From Tubiluchus corallicola (taxonomy: Eukaryota > Animalia > Priapulida): a stretch of DNA of 64,000 bases. The translations under genes and the position numbers were made by a program. Shown in pieces: positions 1 through 13,026 of the stretch (its first letter is position 1; every line of letters begins with the position of its first letter). The notes beneath the pieces were generated by a model that made no database searches, had not been told where the DNA came from, and saw only the letters and a list, made by a program, of their open reading frames with translations. The stretch covers positions 124,001-188,000 of the forward strand of contig JAQGDQ010000054.1 of the NCBI GenBank assembly GCA_030141605.1, written 5' to 3'.

Positions 1-117
1 AGGACTTCAATTTGAGACATTTCACAACATGATTGTGGTCGTGTTGCACCGTAGACGGATGATACATGGTAAACTTTACAAAAAACTAGAAATTCATCTC
101 TAGTATTCTACGTCATC

Positions 118-3100
118 TTATCCCTCTGAATGTTGATCTTCTCCTGTATCACTGGGAATTGGTGTACGGTTGTCAGAAAATAAAGGATTTTTTACTTCCA
201 TTTCACAAGTCTGCAACAAAAAGCATAAAATTATAAGAAAAAATAACCAACATACAAAACTGAATCACAAAAGTAACAAACTAATGAGTTTGCCTTATTA
301 CGCTGCACTTATAGTTTTATAATGCTCAAATACTACATAGATAAATATTAAATAAATAAAAGAAACTGATGTTCTGTTTACTTCTTGGTCAAAATTATGT
401 CCAAGCTAGAATAAGTAAACAAACTACATACCGGTGCTAGACCTGGGCATTCGTAAACAGTATAATCTCCTTCTTCATTTTCTTCGTCACTTTCTTCATC
501 ACTGGCATTGTCCTTCATCTCATTGCTCGCCCTGCAAATAAAGCAAATAGGCATGACTGAGAACTGTAACATGTACACAGTTGCTTTACAAATATTTGTG
601 CAACATTGCATTTCACAACATAAAGAACAAACTCAGTGATCAGCCGATCATGTAAACCTAAAAAATCTTGCAATGAGATTTTTTTGTTTATTGTTCATGT
701 TTATAAGCTTATTGTACCTAGATTGCTAGGCAAACTAGGAAATGTATCGTTTTACAATCAAAAGTAGTTGTAAACATTCTAATGCATTTATTAGTTAAGC
801 ACAAAATAGAGTTTAAGAAATATAATATATAAGTAGAAAGGCAAAACGTAAACGACTTGATAAACTGTCCACAAATTACTGACGAACTTAATGAACTGAC
901 GAATTATATTTAGCAAAAATAAAATTTGAAAATGACTGTGATAAAAAATCATCCTTTTGTGAAACACATGTTGTCCTTGATCTCTAAAAATCCAAGCATC
1001 TATTTTTGTTAAAATCTTTGTAATTAAAAACTTTTTATAACATTTCAGGTAAATCAATAAGAGTGATGCAAAATGCTATTATGAGTTGTGAAAATTTTAA
1101 CGAAATTTTTGAAAAAATAGTGTTTTATCTGCTAAACCAAGCTTACTTTTCCATTGCTATCATCTGTTGTTTTTGGTGTTGATAGTGGTACATCTGTGCA
1201 CTGGCTGCAAGTTTCCTGTCGCCACCAGTTTGCTTGGCATCTTTATTAGGTCCTGTAACACCATATGCTGGGTATTCGACATCTGATGCAGCTTTCACAT
1301 TCTTTTGCAACCTGTAGAAAACAAAACAAGATCAAATTGTTGTAAGCAGAACCAATCAAAATTCATTCATTAAAGAGTCACTAGTGATTAGGAAAGTTAA
1401 CCTACCTGTACCAACAATAGCCTGCTCCTACCAGCCCCGCAATAGCTGCCACACTGCACACTGCAACAATCACTGCAAATACAGAAAGATAATGTAAATT
1501 GACAACGAACCATTTTAGGTTTTTAACAATGATAAGTAAACATCCCATTACAAATTAATCTTTCATGCTTTAATTTTCTTTCTACAATTTCAGAACTTAC
1601 TTATAAGCTACCAACAAAACAGAAAAAAACTGTTTTAACAAGTGTCAGTATGAAATATAAATTGCACAATACGTACAAATAAAAACAAGTTGGTCAAAAT
1701 GGCCATGCAGATTTTGGGTTCCAGGTTTTTGTAAGTCTTGGTATTGTCTAGCTGGTGTCGGCATTGGCTCGTGAGTGTGACCTTCATGTATGTCATTCTG
1801 AGTCTCTGAATTTTCATCTGGTTTCACGTAATCATTAGCAATTGGTTTTTCAACATTCACAGTCTCTTGAGGTTCTTTCACTTCGTAATTTGCTTCAGCT
1901 ACGTCACTGTTAGTTTCTTTTAAGTTATCGAGTTTGTTGCTTTCTAAGATAAAGAGAAGAAAAATATAAGTAATTACAACTTCATAAGCAAAATGCATGT
2001 CAGTTAGGCAAACAAATATATATATATTATGATCATATCTGGAGTCACATGTCCTTTGACATAATCCTTGCAATCACTTTAGACCACGCTGGCCTGTCAG
2101 CTGCAATCTCTCATGTCTCTGTATTTTTGATATCTAGTCTCTATATTGTTGATAAGATCTTTTTGGATAAAACTGATGTAAGTTAGCAGCTGTCCTCCTT
2201 ATGATATCTTTTCTTTCTTCGGTGTTTCTCTGAAAGCTAATTTTAATGGGCTGTCATCTGATATAAATAATAACTACACAACCAATCTGCTATGCCCCAT
2301 CAAGTGGGAACCAAAAAATAAATGGAAAAACAATGTAAAGTAATGCTATAGTATACATATACACATTCGTGTCAATAAATAATGTTACGTGAGCAGTTAT
2401 TATAACACCGCTAAGCTAAGACATCAAACCAAATTATTATTTATGATCCTCTATAACGGTTTCTTGGGAAGTAATGAGATGAGTCCCAAGCTGCTGGTAA
2501 TTGTGGCAAGCAACATTAATGCATCTGCCAAACGCGAAACGATGCCGTAAGCTTGTAATCATCAATTTACGTTCTCTGGAGATGGCTAAGATGAGGCATG
2601 ATGCATGCTGTAAGTTATTGTTTTGCTTGTTTGCATAACTGGTCAATTTTCATCTACTTTCATCAAAAGTAATACAAAAACTATGAACTATGAACTATGA
2701 AATAAGAACTATGAAAAGAAGAAAAATGCAAACCTGATAACTCTCATAAATTAATTACACACCTTTATTTACATGTAATGTATTTACTTGTGCATATACG
2801 CGACCATAACAACAATAAATTTCCAAATACGGTACTCTATGGTGAAAAAGCCTTTTCTGTTTGTGCTCCATCTCTCTGGAATAACTTACCTGTTGCTGTA
2901 TACTCAGCAAACTTATTAGACTCTTTTAAATGGCATCTTAAAACACATTTGCTTAGATCGTACTTTTTACAATGAATTAATTTTTTATGTTTTTTAAGTA
3001 TTTTCAATTTTAATGTATCTTATGAATTTTATATGTATTTTGCTGTTCAGCGTGTTGAATTTTAAATGTAATTTGCCCCTATACAAATAAACTTTATATT

Positions 3101-6100
3101 ATGTTACATTTACTTAAAGATAGCTTTGAATCTGTACCAGATTATACAAATGTACTTTTGTACCAATAAAAACGAAAGTATATATTTCTGGAAATTATTA
3201 TTAATTTAAATCTATCCAAATGCAAGACAAACTTTTTAATCAAAATTTTTTAGAACAATAAGAGTGCAGGAGGCTTCATTTATTAATTGTAAATGCTTCC
3301 CTTTCTCGAATGAAGTCATCCCACACAAATACTCGCTACGATAGGGGCTGTGTATGCTTATTACAGATAATGACTTGCTAGCATCGAGTTTGCCTTAGCG
3401 AAATGAGTTTTGTGATTAAATTAAGTGCACGGCGATGAACGATCATATTACCATTATATTACCGTCATGCAAGTAATGTTAGGTGCAGTTTAGCTAGAGA
3501 TTTAAGCAGTGAGCATACATGTCTACATAGTCTACATAGGGAAAGAAGGATACTTGCCAGCTGGCAATAAAACTGGAACCTCAGCTTGGCCCCGAGAATG
3601 GACGTCCACTTCTGCTCCCGCTAACCTATCTATTGTTTCATCCGGCAATTCTTCCAATTCTTTAATGAAAGTAAAGTTGCTATAGGTTCAACAAGTTATT
3701 CATGCACATCTTTTTTTACTTTATAAAGAAAACTTCAAACGTTTCAAAAACATACATAAGCAACACAAACATTTAAAAATGCAAAAGTAGGAAAATTAAC
3801 ACATATTATTTAAAATGAAATATGTTACATAATAGCAAAAATCTAATAGAAGTTCAGTTCCCAAAGTTCACACCAGAAATGAACGGTAAGAGGAATTACC
3901 ATTTGTCGCTCTACGAACACACCCAATAGGCTAATCATACATCATAATAATGCCATCAGAATCTTGTAACTTAACTGCTACAATAAATATAAAACATACT
4001 GACATTTACTTATCCACACATCACAGATAAATTAGCCGTAACCTGTTAAGAAATGTGAACTAACCTTTAGGAACTTGACTTGGACAGCAAATGCCGGCCA
4101 GTGGCAAAAAATCCTGGCAGTAAAAACCACGACCGCAGGTGGTGCCTTCTCGAATGTCACAGAATGCTACATCATTTTCAACAATGTCCCATTTAGGTTC
4201 ACCTTCTGGGCATATTGAGGCTGGAGTTACATATGGATACGGAGGCAGGGGAGTACCTGTCAGTAAAATGCGCATGTGAGATAAACTAAAAATGCGCATT
4301 TTCAAAATCAAAAGAAGAACATACAAATGCACAAATTAACAAAAACTTGTACGTTAAAACATTCTTCTCAAATTTTTATTCATTCTTGATTCAAATAATT
4401 GTACAAAATAATGATGTAATAAGTTACGTTACTCTTGTTCAAATTAACTAGCCAGAATAAAAGTTTTCAATGAGTTGAGGAAGAAAAGAAAAAAATTATT
4501 TGGTCGTATAATAGAAGAATGAGAATTTAGGCTGGCTTTGCAAAGTTGGACCTGTTAAGTGAAATGGAAGAGAATGAGTGATCTAACAGCAAGGTCTTAA
4601 CATTCACATCTTGACGTCTTAACAATTTTTGAGTGTCTCCTTTCTTTCTTTACAAACCAGAGCTGCCATCATTATAATACAGCTCTCCTGCACATTTCAC
4701 TGACACATAAAAAGCACACATGACTATTTCTTCAACATTTAATATCACTAAAACTCAGAATTCAAATCTGTCACATACAGTAAACAGATGAAAGACATAC
4801 CACATTCAGCTTCGCAGTCTTCCTTGGTCTCAAAATTGTTTCTATTCCCTAAACACCCGCCAAAAGTAAACTCCTCACAACTTTTTGTTTTTTGGTTAAA
4901 ATACCATCGCGGAAAATATCCCCTGCATGGGCCAGAGTCTTTTTCGTATTCGCAAGTTGGGACAGAATCACCTAAAAACAATAATTAAAGTAACTATGAA
5001 TTTCATGATAGACACACTGCAAAAAATCGTGATGTACTTAACACACGCACGCACGCACACACACACACTACTTAAACGTTTTAAAAATTTTAAGTAAGAC
5101 AGGTTGAATTTCGAAAAAGAGAAAAAACACAAAGAGGTGACAAATTACAACGGAGACAAAAATTTAGCTGTGAAGTCTTTACAAATGCTGTCTCTAGTAA
5201 CCGTAAACTTCTATTTTGTGTAACAATCAAACTGTAGCAACAAGACACTTAATGAGTTCATGAATAGTTTTCTGAATAATTTTGATAAAATATAGTAGAA
5301 AACTGCACCCACAATAACATATTAAGCACAGTGAATAAGCTTTTCAACAACAGATTTTGTTGAATAACGTAACTGCCACAGCAAAAAATTCAAAATTAAA
5401 AGCAACAGGAAAAGAACACACAATAATCTCAAAACACATTTCAGGTGATTTTAAAACAGGTTTCAGCTGATACTTCCTGACTTATACCCAAATGCTTGGA
5501 GCCAAATGAAGGTGTGGAACTGCACATTTCCAAAAAAAAACTAATGTAATACATGTATCTATAACGCAGGCTTCACAAAATGCAACAAAAACACCAGTTT
5601 AAAACAAACTGTGTGATTAAATAATGTGAATTATCAAAACTCGCACCTAGTGATTTAATTAATAGATATATACATTGGCATCTCTTGAGTGTGAACACAA
5701 GAAAATATACACCTATAAATGTGTTAAAATCATTATATTTTGAAACTTTTAAGGCTTAACCCTGTTTAACCCTACATCAAATTAAGCGTCGAAATATTAC
5801 GAATTAACACTTTCTAGATCACCCCTGTAGTATAAGTTGTAATCTTGGAGTACGTACACTGCAATTAAATTCTAATTACCGGCACAGCGAGCTACAGTTG
5901 TTAATCTGGCTATCGTTGGTTAAGTATTCATTGAAGCATACAATAAACTCGCATCAACTGAAATTGCTCATTAATATTTTAACGTTATTCACAGGATGAT
6001 TGCAAACGTAATCAAGCTGTCAGCAGGGGCTCTCGTTGGCTGCATAGTCAATGTAAAATGATTCTATAGGAATTAATAATATACACTGTTTTATGTGTTT

Positions 6101-8685
6101 ATACACACAATTTTTTTAGGCCTACCACCTTGTTTCATTATCTAAAGTCTTTCGGTATAGTAATTAGTCTATATTGTGTCTAAATTGACCTAACAGAGCT
6201 CTCTTATTTCCAGCAGGCTTGCATAATGCACAATGTCTAATTACAGATAAATGTTTTGCATACTACATGACCAGATTGGTTACATCGCACTTTAAGGCTT
6301 ATAATACAAAAAAGCGCATCCATAAGAGTTCAGAAAGTGCTAAAACAGACTAGGATAATGAAGAAAGTTACTTCAACTCTATACGAGAAACACTTCTTTG
6401 AAACTTATAACCAGAATCATAATTGCAACTTGTATTTTGTGCGAGCATCTAGTGCTCTCTTTTTTGTCTGAGAGCTTCGCACTAATGCTGAATTTACTGC
6501 TACTGTAAAAGCCAGGCAAAACCAGAACTTCCTTATCAAAGGAGAGATGCTAAGAAGAAACCAAGAACCATTAGAGGTGTCTTAGCCAAGTCAGAATGTG
6601 TGAAACGTATGCACATCCTCTATAAGCATTGATATAGTCAGAAACAGGAGGATACACGAAGCCGACCAAATGCAGTTATTCCGGCACACACCTGCTCAAT
6701 AAGAAGGTTCAGCACTGCTTAACTATTGTAGTCAACGTCACACATATAGTGACCACTCAGTCGCTCCTCTTGTCTAAGACTATTGACTAACATCTAGCTA
6801 GGCAGCTGAGAATAGTAGAATTCATTGCAGCACGATGAGATCTCTGTAATTCTCACAACGAGAACTAAAATTTATGTTTGTTCTTCTGACGAATGTAGTT
6901 TAAATTTTAATAACAAAAATCACCATTGCCGAACAAGCAATACATCCGTATTGCTGTCCATCATCATCATCACCATCGTCTTCATCATCATCATCATCAT
7001 CAACATCACTGTAAAACTGTACAAATACCGTAGTTTTTTGTCTAAACATATTTATTTAAATATACAGAATTGTCAATAAAGCAACAAGCTGCTTAACTCA
7101 AGATTCTTCTATAAACGTATTAAAAAAATTAATACCGTAATCAAGAGAAAATCCACATCACACCAATGGCACCATAATTAGTGAGGCCATGAAGTAATTA
7201 GTGAATACGTGGAAGGCTTCGAATACATTCTTATCTATTAATTACGTTGATAGCTCATGTCCGCCCAAAACTGAAGCCTATATTAACGTAAATGACCACA
7301 TGCAAATTAACAATAGAGTAGTAATGCCCTTTGTTAGAGCTCTCAACTAGTAATTAGCCTCTCATTGCATTAGATTCTAGCTGCAGCTAGTTCCGTTATT
7401 ATGGAAGGTAATTTAGACTCGTTAAATTGACTGAGTTTTCAATCTTGCATAAATGGTGATGTGACATCATCTTTTAAAGTATACGTTCCTCTGAATGTTG
7501 GAGGAATATCAAAGGAAGTTGTATGGTATTTTGAAAGCACAACAAATACGACCAGGCTAGCCTAGGCCCAGAGTGGAAAAGCATCGTGCCGGTCGTATTG
7601 ACAAAACAGTTAGAGAAGCTCCAATAAATCCGTAACTTTTGCGGGCTGGAATGGTCAGATCGGCTGACACTGTGGTTTAATCGACAATGGTTACTGGTCA
7701 GTGGCTGTGTCCAGTACTTAAATAATCGCACTAACCAAAGAGTAAGCATAGCGAACACCCAACAACAGATAAAGAAGTGGACTGGGGTCGGCGCCAGACC
7801 ATTTAAAGCCCAAATATGACGTCCATCTAATGTAATGCCACGTAATGCTAGGTTATGTAATATGCAATAATCTTGATAGAAGAAAAACACTATTGTGATG
7901 CAATCATAGCAAGCCATACTATTCCTGTTCATAGAGGGGGCATTTTGAATTAACCTACAATGGCATGAAAAAGCGCAGTGCGAAGCAGTTTAATAAATGG
8001 TCTATAATCCCGTTTTCATTTTCTCCAAAACTTAATCATCGAGTACATTTCCAGGGCAGAAGTCAAGGTCAAAATAAACACATTTATATTTTATGTAATT
8101 GGGTTACTTTCTACGTAAACATGTAATCAAGTTTATTTTTTAACACAATTAAATTTCAGCAGTAAAACACGCATGAGAAATTTTATTGATTTTCTTGCAC
8201 GGAATTACTTAAACCGTCAGCACAATTCGAACAGACTTTTGACTTTCAGATCACAAAAAGTTAATTAAAATACTAAAATCTAAGCACTTTGGCACGTTTA
8301 TTTGGATCGCATTGTGCGAAGTAATGTTTAACTCGATAAGAGTGTGTGTTATTAAGAGTCGCAAGAAGTGATTTAAAATACCTCAGAAATTAGCAATTAT
8401 GATTCATGTTAAAAATATGCATGCAGTTTGCAAAAGCAAATGCAAAGCATCCAACATTTTTCACTATTTTTGGATTATTTTTCCGTTTTTTATTATGAAC
8501 ATGTTACAATGAAAAATAAACTAAAGTCGAAATAAAAGCTCGATTAAGTGCATTTTATGTATTTTTCCTCAGTGAAGGAAATATATAACATTTTGAAAAT
8601 AGAATTAGGTGATAGTACCTGATAACTGAGGGAGTGTGTGTGCGTGAGCGAGCAAGAGGGAGAGGGAGAAAGACCGAGAGGGAGG

Positions 8686-8729
<44 letters not shown>

Positions 8730-9877
8730 GCTAGTAGATATTTCAACAGCATTTAAAGACTGAAACATTTCACACTTGACTAGCAACTGTCAGTCTTGCT
8801 TTCTGTATTCTGTAAATATAATATCATATTAGAATGAATGGTTTCAGATCAAAATCTGCAAATACTAATCCATAACTTTGTTTATACCTGACTGTACCTG
8901 GTCGAGTACGGTTATGCACTATAGTTTAGAGTTATTCAGTGTTACTCACTTTGCCTCCTAAAGCCTCCTACCCCAGCCCCTTAAAGAATCCCAACTTTTT
9001 AAAACCCAGGTACACATCTAACCCGCAGTACCTAAATACATATAAAACATGAATTTAACTCAAGGGGTTAATCGAAGAACTGATCGATGTCTAATGTCTT
9101 AACCCTTTGACAGAGGTTATTGTTCACACCACACAAATTCCGAAGTTCCTTCTCAGATGTCTACTCAGTAAGTTTCGTGACTTCAGGCCCTCTCACTCTA
9201 GCAAATGCAAACTAACGTGGATTAAAAAATGGGTGACTGACATAATGAAATTATGAAAAATCAGCGTATGGGCTGACCAAGATCCACGATAGAGCACTTG
9301 CAGATAAAAAGTTAAAATCCATTAATGTCTGACATAAATTTTAGGGGCGAATCTCCACCATTTAACTTACTCTGAAAAAATCTGTATAAATGCTGAAACG
9401 TTTCTTAAAAATACAAAGAAAGCGCATAAATTTCAGTAAACAATTTTTAAAACATTTGACTAAATACTTTAAATCACCATTGCACCTTAAACTTCTTTGC
9501 GTATGAGGGATCCTGATTTTCGTGGCTATTAAAGTAAGTAGCCAATTGCGGAAATTCAGCTACATTCAGCTATTTCGTCTACATTTTATTAGCCTGGTTA
9601 AAAGGAGTTAAATCAGCAAAGTTTAATTAAAAAAACATTAATTACAAATTAACTGAACAAACACGAGACCGACAAAATTACGAATAGGTTGCTTGCTCGC
9701 AACTACAAATAGTCAAAACAAAACGAAAATTTACCGCACTAAAATAATGCGAATTTAAGCTACCATATGGTCGCTACTTTGAGCAACATACATACCACTA
9801 GGATTATAATCTATAGAAACGGCATGGCAGAAAATGTCTGTGAGAAGAAGCAAAGTGGTCACCAACACCGGCACCAT
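118..9877 (-). CDS. NPDC1: NPDC1/CAB-1 family type-I membrane protein with N-terminal Kunitz and Cys-rich (lustrin/WR1-like) domains; 8 coding exons, 378 aa
   Basis: Exons (minus): 9877-9796 (MVPVLVTTLLLLTDIFCHAVSIDYNPS, signal-peptide-like); 4971-4801 (Kunitz CEYEKDSGPCRGYFPRWYFN...FTFGGCLGNRNNFETKEDCEAEC); 4256-4065 (CPEGEP...C...CGRGFYC...GICCP); 1943-1677 (acidic stalk); 1472-1406 (TM LIVAVCSVAAIAGLVGAGYCWYR); 1311-1147 (YPAYGVTGP...DRKLAASAQMYHYQHQKQQM); 531-432 (SDEENEEGDYTVYECPGLAP); 210-118 (TCEMEVKNPLF...stop). All introns are GT-AG, phases are compatible, and the total is 1137 nt. The tail motifs match vertebrate NPDC1 (MYHYQHQ; DEENEDGDFTVYECPGLAPTGEMEVRNPLF). Linking the N-terminal exons to the tail is inferred from phase and topology. 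Confidence 0.88.
2030..2300 (-). mobile_element. Decayed 3' end of an RTE-like LINE
   Basis: The minus strand reads ...AADRPAWSKVIARIMS..., like the 'A.DR..W' C-terminal motif of RTE ORF2. The frame is broken and the fragment is intronic. Confidence 0.45.
2790..3110 (+). mobile_element. 3' end of an L2/CR1-group LINE
   Basis: ORF 2778-2975 (YGEKAFSVCAPSLWNNLP...SFKWHLKTHL) is the typical L2 ORF2 C-terminus. It is followed by a T-rich UTR and AATAAA near 3086. Confidence 0.8.
6480..6720 (-). mobile_element. Structured SINE-like family, copy E (most diverged), in intron 1 of the NPDC1-like gene
   Basis: Minus strand reads ...gtgtatcctcctgtttc...agaggatgtg...ggctaagacacctct...tcttag...ttgataag. 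This is collinear with the copies at about 31.0, 31.9, 55.8 and 60.8 kb. Confidence 0.55.
6959..7008. repeat. (ATC)n microsatellite, imperfect
   Basis: catcatcatcatcaccatcgtcttcatcatcatcatcatcatcaacatc. Confidence 0.9.
8690..8726. repeat. (GA)n microsatellite
   Basis: Perfect GA run. It produces the spurious SLSLSL ORFs in the track. Confidence 0.95.
9099..9612. mobile_element. Putative piggyBac-like MITE with TTAA ends
   Basis: Left end ttaaccctttgac and right end ggttaaaaggagttaa form a degenerate inverted repeat. The interior is non-coding. Confidence 0.35.
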
Positions 9878-10012
9878 CCTCCTAATTAGGATTAGCGAAC
9901 AAAGCACAAGTAATTACGATAACTCGTTACATGATGCTAGTATACGTACTAATATCTCTCAGTATACTAAGTGCTGTGCACTTTCTGTTTCATTCAGAAA
10001 CCCAGAAAGAGC

Positions 10013-10090
10013 TGACGTCACATGCAGCAGCGAATCCAAGAAATCTATCGATTATACTACGACCAATCGGTTCTAAGTAAGATGAAGTCA
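10013..10090 (-). promoter_or_regulatory. Candidate proximal promoter of the NPDC1-like gene (CRE, CCAAT, CRE-like)
   Basis: Perfect TGACGTCA at 10013-10020, CCAAT at 10063-10067 and TGAAGTCA at 10083-10090, 135-215 nt upstream of the ATG at 9877. Confidence 0.5.
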
Positions 10091-10869
10091 CATTATTGAC
10101 ATTTTGTCGTGTTGCTAGAAGGGATAGACTTGTCGACTTGTTCGCAAAACTCAAAAAACATCGATTGGCGTTTTCCAGCTTAGAGCGAAATGTCCTTTGA
10201 TCCTGCAAACACACTCGCTAGCACATACGGCATTCTGCTGTTATATGTCACTTGGTAATTTGAGCCATTACTTATAAAAGTAAGCCAACTTCTATACAAC
10301 CGCCGCTACCCTTAGCAAACTAACGGGAAACTAAACCCAAAAATTGGTTTAATATAGGCGAGCTTAATTTCAGAGCAAATAAATTCAGTTCAAATTGCTA
10401 GCTTTTCCGGTATAGCTGAGTTTCACTACATAATTATACTTCCCTTAATCAGACGGCATGATATAAGTTATAGCAAAGATCGTACATTTCCCTTATATAG
10501 TAACCATCAGCAATCACAATTTTTGGAGGCTTTGACGCCGGCAGGCGGACGCACGTGCATCCACAGAATTTCCTAAAAAAATTATAGCTAAATAAAGTTT
10601 TTTAGTAGTAAACCAAGAAACACACCAATCCCTTGTTTGTTTGCGCAATCCCCGAGCTGCTTGTGCGTCTAATTTTTTAACCTCTGGGGGCGCCCATGTT
10701 TGGAGGCCTGGTTTATTTGGAAGACCTCGACTCAATGGTAAGGAATCGACTGTGCCGAACAAACCAAACCAAACGCACCACCTCAATGAGGTCAGTTTAG
10801 GGGTATATCAAAGAAAATCCGAGTCGTCTGGAAAGTTAGGCTTATTTCTATGTTCGCATAAAAATTAGA

Positions 10870-13020
10870 ATGATTTAGTAATAAAACTACAATAAGCGAA
10901 ACGTTTAATTAGAAAAATTTAAAACAATCATAACATTTACAAAAAAAGAGAAATCAGTTTAATAATCTTAATAAAAGCTTAAAAAATAAATATATACAAC
11001 AACAATGTAAAAACGCAACAAATTCTAAAGAAAAATGGAAGAATATTAACAACGTAATAAATAAATGCCGTAACAAACTAACGCGTATTAACGAAATTAA
11101 AATCAACAACACTGTTGTTACAGCCCAAAGATATTGCCAACGTGCTAAATGCAACATTCCTGAATCTTGGAAATTTTAGGGAAGTGGCTTCTCAAATTAG
11201 CAATAATATAATTAACAAATTAAAAGGGAGTGGACCATCAGATATTCCTATCAAAATTTTAAAAGATAGTGCATCTGTAATAGCCCCGCATATGCCTTAC
11301 ATTGCTAATCAGATAATTACGAGAGGTGAATTTCCAACTGTATGTAAAATGGCAAACGTGACTACAATCTACAAAAAAGATTCAAAATGTGACCCCATGA
11401 ATTATCGTCCAATATCCGTAACACATTGTTTTGGCAAAGTTTGGGAAAGGTTTATTTATGATCAGATATTCTCATACGTAAATAAACATGAACTTTTATC
11501 AAAACATCAGTTTGGCTTCCGTAAACACCATTCAACCATTGATGCCCTAATACACACTACAGAAAATTGGAGATATAGCTTAGACAACAAACAATACATT
11601 TTAGCAGCATTTTTGATTTAAGTAAAGCATTCGATAGCATTAATCACAAACTAATTTACGATAACTTAAAACAAACCAGATTTGATTTGATATCGTTAAA
11701 ACTGATACAAAATTATCTCAAAGATAGACAACAACGAGTAAAGTCAGATACAACCAACTTTTCTGACATTGAACAGAGGCATACCACAAGGAACACTACT
11801 AGGTCTGTTATTATTTTGCCTATATATAAACAACATATCTAATGTATTACAACACTCACAAATTACACAATACGCTGATGACACTACAATCTACTTAGCC
11901 CACGAAAATATCCAAACTGCAAGAAATTATTTAGAAAAAGATATAAGAAAAACAAATATGGTGTTTAGTCACTGTAAGCTAAAAATGAATAATTGTAAAA
12001 CAGAATTCATGACACTGTCACCCTCATTAAGCCCTAATGACGTATCAACAACCACTTTGACAATAGATAATGCTGTACTCGAACAAACTAGTAATGCTGA
12101 ATTTCTTGGCATACAGGTAGACAATAATCATTTATGGGATTAACACTTTAATAATATATACATGTATATAAAAATGGCATCTAGCACATCATATCTCCGA
12201 CAAGTTAAAGGGCAACTAACATAACAAACTAAGACACTAATATACAAAACTTTAATTCTACCACACTTCTTATATGGATGTATGCTACTTCAAAAAACCA
12301 AAAGAGAAAATTACTTAAAATTAAATCTCCTTCGGAACTATGCATTGAGATTAATAGCTGGATACTCATACAAAAATAAGTTAGGTAGACAAAAATTCAA
12401 AGCTTCAACAACTAACCTAAGAAAAGTTTTAAAACTTCCAATCATTGAAGCAAACAAAGAATATTTTACTCTGCTCTTTATATTTAAATACATTAACAAC
12501 ATCAGCAAACCATTCCAAAATCACAGATTTACCTTTTTTCCAAATCCAATCGTTAATTCCAGAACAAGTAATCAAAAACAAATTAGGACAAATACCCACT
12601 ATGGAACGAACTCTGTAATCAAGCGAGCAATTCTACTTTGGAATTCTCTACTATTACAGGTTAAACAAATCAGGTACCTATCAGCATTTAAAACAATATT
12701 AAAATCCTTAATATTAACCAGATATGAAATACCATCACACCAGTACGGCAATATATACACTAATTCAAATTTATATATTCACAGCCATATTAATTAAATC
12801 GTAATTTTTTATTATTGGTGAATAGTTGTAAATACGCTTTATTTTCATTCGTCATAAATTTCTTTACTGCACAGTAGTTTAGATTGCACTGACGCATTTG
12901 CCTTTAGCAGTGTAAGTTTTTATTAACTAACACGGATTGATCATCTCTGTAAAGTTTTTATTCAGTGATTATCAATGTATTTTAATGGCAAATAAACATT
13001 ATTTTATATATATATATATA
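10870..13020 (+). mobile_element. 5'-truncated, decayed CR1/L2-group LINE (reverse transcriptase pseudogene)
   Basis: Frameshifted RT fragments: NYRPIS...QFGFRKHHST (11115-11621), DLSKAFD at the frameshift, GIPQG...YADDT (11769-12143), and C-terminal LWNSL...FK..LK (12282-12797). It ends in AATAAA followed by a (TA)n tail. Confidence 0.9.
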
Positions 13021-13026
13021 ATCATT

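Noticed and set aside
7474-7932. 152-aa minus-strand ORF in intron 1 of the NPDC1-like gene
   Set aside because: No recognisable domain. Motifs (cgattaaacca, tttgcggg) recur near 58.1-58.3 kb, suggesting a repeat.
10288-10315. Minus-strand GGGTAGCGGCGGTTGTATAG resembling let-7
   Set aside because: The seed is not TGAGGTA and no complementary star arm was seen.
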